NCBI GenBank assembly: GCA_036676985.1
Contig: JAKFBU010000023.1
Span: 224,001-288,000, forward strand
Length of the DNA stretch: 64,000 nt
Direction: 5' to 3'
Origin: Candidatus Sericytochromatia bacterium
Lineage (GTDB): Bacteria > Cyanobacteriota > Sericytochromatia > S15B-MN24 > UBA4093
Part shown: positions 57,626 through 64,000 of the stretch, piece after piece
Layout of the letters: each line of letters begins with the position of its first letter
Position numbering within the stretch: the stretch's first letter is position 1
The notes under the pieces: model-generated
What the model saw: the letters and a program-made list of their open reading frames with translations, nothing else
The model's database searches: none
What the model was told of the DNA's origin: nothing
Position numbers and translations under genes: made by a program

Positions 57626-59371
57626 ATGCAGATCCAGGACAGCCTCACCGTCGCCGCCGTCGTCGCCGAACTCCGCCACCGACTCGTCGGCGCCCGCATC
57701 GAAAAGATCCACCTGCCCACTGCCCACGAGATGGTCTGGAACCTCCGCGGGGAGGGCCGCTCCGAGCGCCTGCTCTTCTCGATCCGGGGCAACTTCTCGC
57801 GCCTGCACCTGACATCCCGGCGCTACGAGAACCCGGCCCAGCCCCCCATGTTCTGCATGCTCTTGCGCAAGCATCTGGAGGGGACGCGAATCCTGCGCGT
57901 CGAGCAGCTGGAGCTGGAGCGCGTGGTCCAGATCGTGACCTCCGGCCGCGACGAGCTCGGCGACCCCACCGAGCGTGCCCTAATCGCCGAGATCACGGGC
58001 AAGCACGCGAACCTCATCCTGCTCGACAAGCCCTGGGGCACCATCATGGGCAGCCTGCGCACGGTCACGGCCGAGATCAGCCGCGAGCGCCAGATCATGC
58101 CGGGCCTGCCCTACGATCCGCCGCCCATCCCCAAGGGCAAGCGCGACCCGCGCGCGCTCACCGAAGAGGGCCTGTACGAGGTCCTCGCCGCGGGCGGCAC
58201 GGCCGAGCAAGCCCTGCTCAAGGGCGTTCACTCCCTGAGCCGGGGGGCGATCGCCCAGCTCCTCCACGCCGCAAACCTCGATCCCAAGGTCGCGGGCGAT
58301 TCGCTCGAGGCCGAGGCGCTTGCGCGACTCTGGGAGGTCTGGCGCCACACCATGGGTCTGGTCTCGGAGGGCCGCTTCTGCCCGGAGCTCCAGAAGGGCC
58401 CGAGCTGGGACTACCGGGTCATGTGCGTCGGTCGTGCTACCGAGGGCCCGGTGGAGATCAGCCCCATGCTCGACGCCTACTATGGGGGGCACGAGCTGGC
58501 CGACCGGATGGGCTCCCAGCGAGCGGCCCTGATGGGGCTGGTCAAGGAGCGCCAAGACAAGCTCACCTCCAAGATCCAGTCGCTCGAGGAAACGGTGCGC
58601 GTGGGCAAGGAGGCCGAAAGGCTGCGTCAGTGGGGCGAGCTCATCCAGGCCTACGGCTACGGGCTGCCGCCGCATGTCGACCACCTGGTGGCCGAGAACT
58701 ACTTCGAGGAGGACCTCCCCAGGGTCTCCATCCCGCTCGATCCGCAGCTGAGCCCCATCGAGAATGCCCAGCGGTACTTCCGTCGCTACCAGAAGGCCAA
58801 GACGAGCCTCGAGACGAGCGAGCGCTTCCTCAGTGAGGCCCGGGACGATCTCACCTACTGGCAGGGGGTGGCCTCGGCCATCCAGCTCAGCGAGACGCCT
58901 GCCGAGCTCGCCGAGATCAAGGCCGAGGTGCAGCCTGCCCCCGTGGGCAAGGTCCAGCCGGGCAAGGCCAAGGCCGTGGCCGTCAGCGAGCCGCTGCGCT
59001 ATCGGTCGAGCGACGGCTTCGAGATCCTGGTGGGCAAGAACAACCGCCAGAACGACCTGGTCACCATGAAGCTCGCACGCCCCGAGGACTGGTGGTTCCA
59101 CACCCAGAACATCCCGGGCTCGCACGTGGTGGTCAAGGCGGCGGGAGAGTTGCCCGAGCGTACCCGTGAAGAGGCTGCCATGCTCGCGGCCTACTTCAGC
59201 CAGGCGCGCGAGAGCAGCAAGGTGCCCGTCATCTACACCCAGCGCCGCTTCCTCAAGAAGCCGACCGGCGCCAAGCCGGGCTTCGTCCTCTACGAGCGGG
59301 AGAAGACGCTCTACGTCACCCCGGAGGCCGCTGCGATCGCCGAACTGGCCAGGGAATCCGAAAACGCCTGA
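57626..59371 (+). CDS. rqcH: NFACT family ribosome quality control protein (RqcH/Rqc2)
   Basis: PPMFCMLLRKHL, NAQRYFRRYQK, VGKNNRQND, GSHV, KPTGAKPG. Confidence 0.92.
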   Translation: MQIQDSLTVAAVVAELRHRLVGARIEKIHLPTAHEMVWNLRGEGRSERLLFSIRGNFSRLHLTSRRYENPAQPPMFCMLLRKHLEGTRILRVEQLELERVVQIVTSGRDELGDPTERALIAEITGKHANLILLDKPWGTIMGSLRTVTAEISRERQIMPGLPYDPPPIPKGKRDPRALTEEGLYEVLAAGGTAEQALLKGVHSLSRGAIAQLLHAANLDPKVAGDSLEAEALARLWEVWRHTMGLVSEGRFCPELQKGPSWDYRVMCVGRATEGPVEISPMLDAYYGGHELADRMGSQRAALMGLVKERQDKLTSKIQSLEETVRVGKEAERLRQWGELIQAYGYGLPPHVDHLVAENYFEEDLPRVSIPLDPQLSPIENAQRYFRRYQKAKTSLETSERFLSEARDDLTYWQGVASAIQLSETPAELAEIKAEVQPAPVGKVQPGKAKAVAVSEPLRYRSSDGFEILVGKNNRQNDLVTMKLARPEDWWFHTQNIPGSHVVVKAAGELPERTREEAAMLAAYFSQARESSKVPVIYTQRRFLKKPTGAKPGFVLYEREKTLYVTPEAAAIAELARESENA

Positions 59372-60391
59372 TTAGCGGGCCAGCCGCTCCAGTGGCAAGC
59401 GCGAGACGGCCGCGAGGTCGAGCCCCGATGTACGGCCCAGATGATAGAGCTCCGTGCCGAGGCCCGCGATCATGGCGGCATTGTCCGTGCACAGGGCCAT
59501 GGGCGGCGCCACGAAGCGCCAGCCGCGCTTCTCGGCCTCGGAGGTCAGGCGCTCGCGCAGCTCTCGGTTGGCGGCCACGCCGCCCGCCACCGTGATGGCC
59601 GTGATGCCCTCGGCCTCGGCCGCGGCCATGGTCTTGCCGACGAGCACGTCGACCACCGCCTTCTGGAAGCTCGCGCAGGCATCCGCCACGTTGACCTCTA
59701 TGCCGGCCTGCTGGCTACGCTCGAGCATCCGCAAGACCGCCGTCTTGAGGCCGCTGAACGAGAAGTCGTACGAGCCCTCGAGCCATGCGCGCGGGAAATC
59801 GTAGGCGCGGGGGTTGCCCTCCTTGGCGAGCCGGTCGATGGCGGGCCCGCCGGGATACCCCAGGCCCAGGAGGCGGGCGGTCTTGTCGTAGGCCTCGCCC
59901 GCCGCGTCGTCGCGCGTCTGGCCGAGGGTCTTGAAGGTCTCCGGACCGTCCACCCGCACGATGGCCGTGTGGCCGCCCGACACCAAGAGGCAGATGAAGG
60001 GCAGCTCGAGCTCCGGAGCGGCCATCTTGTTGGCCCAGATGTGAGCGGCCAGGTGATGCACCCCGATGAGCGGGATGCCGCGGGCCCACGCCACCCCCTT
60101 GGCGGCCATGAGGCCGACCAGGAGGGCCCCCTGCAGGCCGGGGCCAAAGGTGGTGGCCACCGCGTCGAGGTCCGACCAGGCGACCCCGGCCTCGGCCAGG
60201 GCCTCCTCCAGGAGGGGGCCGATGGCCTCCATGTGGGCCCGGGAGGCCACCTCGGGGACGACGCCCCCGTACTGGCGATGCAGGTCGATCTGGGAGGCGA
60301 TCAGGTTGGAGAGGACCTCGGTGCCGTCGCGAACGATCGCTGCCGAGGTCTCGTCACACGAGGTCTCGATGGCCAGGATGTGAGTGGTCAC
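59372..60391 (-). CDS. tsaD: tRNA N6-threonylcarbamoyltransferase
   Basis: IETSCDET, HHLAAH, VSGGHT, FSFSGLKT, GGVAAN, CTDNAAM. Confidence 0.96.
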   Translation of the reverse strand: MTTHILAIETSCDETSAAIVRDGTEVLSNLIASQIDLHRQYGGVVPEVASRAHMEAIGPLLEEALAEAGVAWSDLDAVATTFGPGLQGALLVGLMAAKGVAWARGIPLIGVHHLAAHIWANKMAAPELELPFICLLVSGGHTAIVRVDGPETFKTLGQTRDDAAGEAYDKTARLLGLGYPGGPAIDRLAKEGNPRAYDFPRAWLEGSYDFSFSGLKTAVLRMLERSQQAGIEVNVADACASFQKAVVDVLVGKTMAAAEAEGITAITVAGGVAANRELRERLTSEAEKRGWRFVAPPMALCTDNAAMIAGLGTELYHLGRTSGLDLAAVSRLPLERLAR

Positions 60392-60393
60392 GC

Positions 60394-61287
60394 CTAGACG
60401 CCCTGCACGGGGTCCTCGGTCTGGACCGGGTGCACGTGCTCCAGCTTCACCTGATGGGAGGGAGCGTTGCGCTTGAAGTACTCGATGGCCGCCTTGCCCA
60501 TGGCGAGCGTGCCCGAGTAGCCGATACCGCCGGCGATCGCCCAGCCCGCCCAGGGCACCACCTTCACGAACTGGCGCGAGATGGTGCGCATGGCGAGCCC
60601 GCCGCCCACCACCGCCAGGAGCTCCTTGGCACGCTCGACGTTGAGGGGCATGTCGAACATGGCCGCGATGCGCATCAGCATCTTGACCTGGTTGGCCGTC
60701 ATGATGGGCAGGTCCGCGCCCGGCAGGGGCAGGGCCCCGATGACGGCGTTCTGCTTGGCGGTCGCCTGGACCTCTTGCCAGCCCGCCTCGGACCGGAAGA
60801 TGGGGAACTGGCGCGAGAGCGGGATGACCATGTCCGGGAACCGCTCGAAGACCGCACGGGCGAAGGGCCCCGCCAGGTCCTTGAGCGACGTGACGGGCAC
60901 GACCTGGTCCGCCGACAGATCGAGCGTGTGCAGGACCTCGCGCTGACGCGTGGCCATCAGGTGCTCGGGGATGCCGACCAGGGCGACCATGAGCTTGGTG
61001 CGGTCGAGCCGGGCGAGGACCGGCAGCTCGCGCGTGATCATGCCCGTGTTGGTCGTGATGACGGCGATGTAGAGGTCCGCGAAGGCGGGAGACGGCTCGT
61101 CGGGATCGACGAGCTTGAGGCGCTCGGGGTCATGGCTGCCGATGAGCAGCGCGTCACGCCAGTGCTCGCGGTCAGGGGCCGTCGAGGCCACCAGGCCCAG
61201 GGTGATCGGCTGGGCGGCCTTGCCCTCGATCTCTCGCCAAACGCTCCAGAGCTCCTGTACGGGTCCAGGAAGCGACGCTAACGCCAT
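60394..61287 (-). CDS. DUF697/YcjF-like protein
   Basis: PLPGADLPIMTANQ, VPWAGWAIAGGI helical domain. Confidence 0.75.
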   Translation of the reverse strand: MALASLPGPVQELWSVWREIEGKAAQPITLGLVASTAPDREHWRDALLIGSHDPERLKLVDPDEPSPAFADLYIAVITTNTGMITRELPVLARLDRTKLMVALVGIPEHLMATRQREVLHTLDLSADQVVPVTSLKDLAGPFARAVFERFPDMVIPLSRQFPIFRSEAGWQEVQATAKQNAVIGALPLPGADLPIMTANQVKMLMRIAAMFDMPLNVERAKELLAVVGGGLAMRTISRQFVKVVPWAGWAIAGGIGYSGTLAMGKAAIEYFKRNAPSHQVKLEHVHPVQTEDPVQGV

Positions 61288-61592
61288 GTTCTCTCTCCTC
61301 CATCTCCCTCGGGAAGGCCTGCAACCGGCCGATCGGGGCGGATTTCCGCGCCATTATAACATGAGCCCTCGGGCGAGGCGGCGCTCGCCTGGCAGGCCTC
61401 GGAATGCGCGCGGTGCGCTTGCCAGGCCGGTTTCGACCGCGTAAGATTAACTGGCCCTCGTACGGGTAAAGAGCACCTAACAAAACCAGGCATTTGTTGC
61501 CTGTGGCCGCCTATCGGCGGCTAGAAGGAACAGTTTCGTTAGGCGCTCTAAGTCTAGTTGGCCCCACTCCAGGCGTTTGTGAGGAGATCATC

Positions 61593-63068
61593 GTGCGCAG
61601 ACTCGGCATTCTCGGTTTGGCTGCCTTCTTGATGGCGGGCTCCCCCGCATGGGCAGCGCCCATCGACCTGACCATCCTGCACACCAACGACACGCACGAT
61701 CACCTCACGCCCTACGACACCCGCGACGGCAAGGAGCTCGGCGGCGTGGCGCGCCGCGCGACCCTCATCGCCAAGCTCAAGAAGGACGCCGCGCGCGTGC
61801 TCGTGCTCGACGCGGGCGACACCTTCCAGGGCACGCCCCTCTTCAACTTCTTCTCGGGCGAGCCGGACTACAAGACCATGGATCAGGCCGGCTACGACGC
61901 CACCACCATCGGCAACCACGACCTGGACCTCGGCCTCGAGAACCTCAAGGCGCAGGCCGCCGGTCGCGGCTTCAAGCTCATCTCGACCAACGTGCTCGAT
62001 CCCAAGACGGGCAAGCCCATCTTCGTGGGCACGCACGTCTTCGAGCGCCAGGGCCTCAAGATCGGCGTCTTCGGCGTGCTGGGCGACGCCGCCCTCCTGG
62101 CGGTCGCCGAGAAGTACCGCAAGGACATCAAGTTCGTCTCGCCCTACGCCATCGCCCAGAAGACGGCCGACAGCCTCCGCAAGCAGTCCGACCTCGTCGT
62201 GATGCTCTCGCACAGCGGTCTGGCCGAGGACACGGATCTGGCGACCAAGGTGAAGGGCATCGACGTCATCGTGGGCGGGCACTCGCACACCAAGCTCGAG
62301 CAGCCCAGGGAAGTCGCCAACGGCGACTGGAAGACGCTGGTCGTCCAGGGGTTCCAGTGGGGCGAGTACCTCGGCAAGCTGGACCTCAAGATCGAGAACG
62401 GCAAGGTCGTCTCCTACGTGGGCAAGCTCCTGCCCATCACCAAGGACATCGCCGAGGACAAGACGGTCGCGGCCACCGTCGCCCAGTACAACGACAAGAT
62501 CGAGAAGCAGATGGCGGTCGTCATCGGCAACGCCCCCAAGGGCCTCTCGACCGAGGGCAAGTACGTGCGCGACTGCGAGCTCGGCAACTGGGCAGCCGAC
62601 ATGATGCGGGCCCGCGGTCAGGCGGACATCGGCGCCATGAACTCGGGCGGCCTGCGGGCGGCCCTGCAGCCCGGCGACGTCACGGTCGGCGAGATCTACA
62701 CCATCTTCCCGTTCGACAACGCCGTGGTCACGGTGGACCTCGACGGCCAGACCCTGCAGGAGATCCTGGACAAGGCCGCCGGCACCCCCGGCCGAAACGG
62801 CACCCTCCAGTACTCGGGCGTGACCTTCCGGGTGGAGCAGGGCCGTGCGGTGGACGTGATGGTCAACGGCCAGCCCCTCGACCTCAAGAAGTCCTACAAG
62901 CTCGCGACCATCGACTACATCGCCCAGGGTAACGACGGCCATCAGCTCTTCACCCGCGGCAAGAACTACAAGGCGCTCGGCGTCCTGCTGCGCGACGCGG
63001 CCCTCGAGGCCATCAAGGCCAGCCCGACGGTCCAGCCGCCGGCGGTCGGTCGCATCAAGAACCAGTAA
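61593..63068 (+). CDS. Exported 5'-nucleotidase/metallophosphoesterase
   Basis: LHTNDTH, DAGD, GNHD, LSHSG, GGHSH, NSGGLR, FPFDN. Confidence 0.93.
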   Translation: MRRLGILGLAAFLMAGSPAWAAPIDLTILHTNDTHDHLTPYDTRDGKELGGVARRATLIAKLKKDAARVLVLDAGDTFQGTPLFNFFSGEPDYKTMDQAGYDATTIGNHDLDLGLENLKAQAAGRGFKLISTNVLDPKTGKPIFVGTHVFERQGLKIGVFGVLGDAALLAVAEKYRKDIKFVSPYAIAQKTADSLRKQSDLVVMLSHSGLAEDTDLATKVKGIDVIVGGHSHTKLEQPREVANGDWKTLVVQGFQWGEYLGKLDLKIENGKVVSYVGKLLPITKDIAEDKTVAATVAQYNDKIEKQMAVVIGNAPKGLSTEGKYVRDCELGNWAADMMRARGQADIGAMNSGGLRAALQPGDVTVGEIYTIFPFDNAVVTVDLDGQTLQEILDKAAGTPGRNGTLQYSGVTFRVEQGRAVDVMVNGQPLDLKKSYKLATIDYIAQGNDGHQLFTRGKNYKALGVLLRDAALEAIKASPTVQPPAVGRIKNQ

Positions 63069-63134
63069 CGGCTCCAACGGCCAGAACGACGCGGCGCCCG
63101 GGATTTCCCGGGCGCCGCGTGTGGTAGGTGTCGG

Positions 63135-63680
63135 TCAGCGCGCCGACGGCGGCGAGCCCAGCTGGATGATGACGGCCGCCTGGCCTGTCTTGCCGCGCCC
63201 GACGCCATAGAGGCGGTACTCGGTGGTTCCGACGGCCTCGTAGCAGAGGGCGCCCAGGGTGTTGGGGCTCCGGATCACCTGCTCGACCTGCGCGGGACCG
63301 AGGTCTCCGCGCATGACCACTGAGACGGGCAGCATGGAAGGCTGCTGGCCGCCCCAGGGCGAGGCGGGCAGCTTGTTGCCCGGCAAATAGCCGCCCTGCA
63401 GGATCTCGCGGTCGAAGGCCGCGGCGTCCGGGGGCACTTGGCCCCCGTGATCCTTGGCATAGGTCTCGATGGCCTGCTGGACCGTGAACGTCTGTTGGAT
63501 CATCTCGGCGTTGTGGTCGACCTCGGCCTCCTTGGAGGAAACAGGGGCCTGGCTGGCGTGCTGCGGTCGGACGAACATCCAGATGCCAGCCACCACGACG
63601 ATTCCGAACAGCGCCGCCACCAGCATGGCGCGCCGCCTGCGCATTTGAGCCTGACGTTTGGTCGGTTTGCGTGTCGCCAT
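63135..63680 (-). CDS. Single-TM hypothetical protein with pseudopilin-like domain
   Basis: Basic N-terminus, TM, VQQAIETYAKDHGGQVP, YRLYGVG. Confidence 0.55.
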   Translation of the reverse strand: MATRKPTKRQAQMRRRRAMLVAALFGIVVVAGIWMFVRPQHASQAPVSSKEAEVDHNAEMIQQTFTVQQAIETYAKDHGGQVPPDAAAFDREILQGGYLPGNKLPASPWGGQQPSMLPVSVVMRGDLGPAQVEQVIRSPNTLGALCYEAVGTTEYRLYGVGRGKTGQAAVIIQLGSPPSAR

Positions 63681-63719
63681 GCCCTCATCGTAGCATGCGA
63701 GCCTCCACCTGTCCCCGGC

Positions 63720-64000
63720 TCAAGGAAGGGCGATCGCGATGGTGTGGCTCGGTACGACGTCATCCAGGCCGACCTCGAACTCCCAGACGGACGGCTCCGG
63801 TGCCTCGCCCGCGGTGGGTCTGGCCTCCACCACAACGGTGTACCGGCCATCGGCTTGTAGATGCGAGAGCCGTAAGGGCCCCGGAACCTGGTTGGCGGGC
63901 ACTTCGAAGGTGGCAACGAGGTGGCCGGTGTCTTGGCCCTCCAGGGCGCGATAGAGGCTGACGACAAGGCTTTCGAGGCGGTCCACGTCGCCGGTGACGG
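63720..64000 (-). CDS. Hypothetical protein, 5'-truncated by window edge
   Basis: Frame open to window end. Confidence 0.45.
   Translation of the reverse strand, partial: VTGDVDRLESLVVSLYRALEGQDTGHLVATFEVPANQVPGPLRLSHLQADGRYTVVVEARPTAGEAPEPSVWEFEVGLDDVVPSHTIAIALP

Noticed and set aside
63135-63680. N-terminal RKPTK shared with the 23926 protein
   Set aside because: Five-residue match in basic leaders of otherwise unrelated proteins; likely chance

Overview
High-GC (about 69% by eye) bacterial chromosome segment of mostly core genes: aspS/asnS/hisS/ileS, Bacillus-type sdhCAB, lexA, class A RNase P RNA, a dcw cluster (rsmH-ftsL-ftsI-murE-murF-mraY-murD-ftsW-murG-murC-murB-ftsQ-DUF881-sbp-ftsZ, with no mraZ, ddl or ftsA), pgeF, fadD, rqcH and tsaD. 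These are interspersed with many exported or lipoprotein hydrolases and orphan genes. The gene content suggests, by inference only, a non-photosynthetic diderm relative of Cyanobacteria such as Sericytochromatia. No CRISPR, tRNA, rRNA, prophage or transposase was seen. Signals missed by the ORF track: (1) a TlpA/ResA-like lipoprotein whose CxxC motif is UxxC, with an in-frame TGA followed by a SECIS-like hairpin (probable selenoprotein); (2) a 57-aa single-TM ORF 14 nt downstream of lexA, a candidate novel SOS division inhibitor close to the dcw cluster, plus a 59-aa divergent ORF; (3) four dispersed lipoproteins sharing a C-G-[LVI]-(S)-P N-terminus and 10-11-bp-phased TTAA boxes upstream (putative regulon plus sorting signal); (4) two signal-peptide-less, effector-like proteins with sigma28-like promoters; (5) a candidate sRNA, an unexplained ACATCACG-type motif array, an expanded RNase P P12 and two REP-like composite palindromes.
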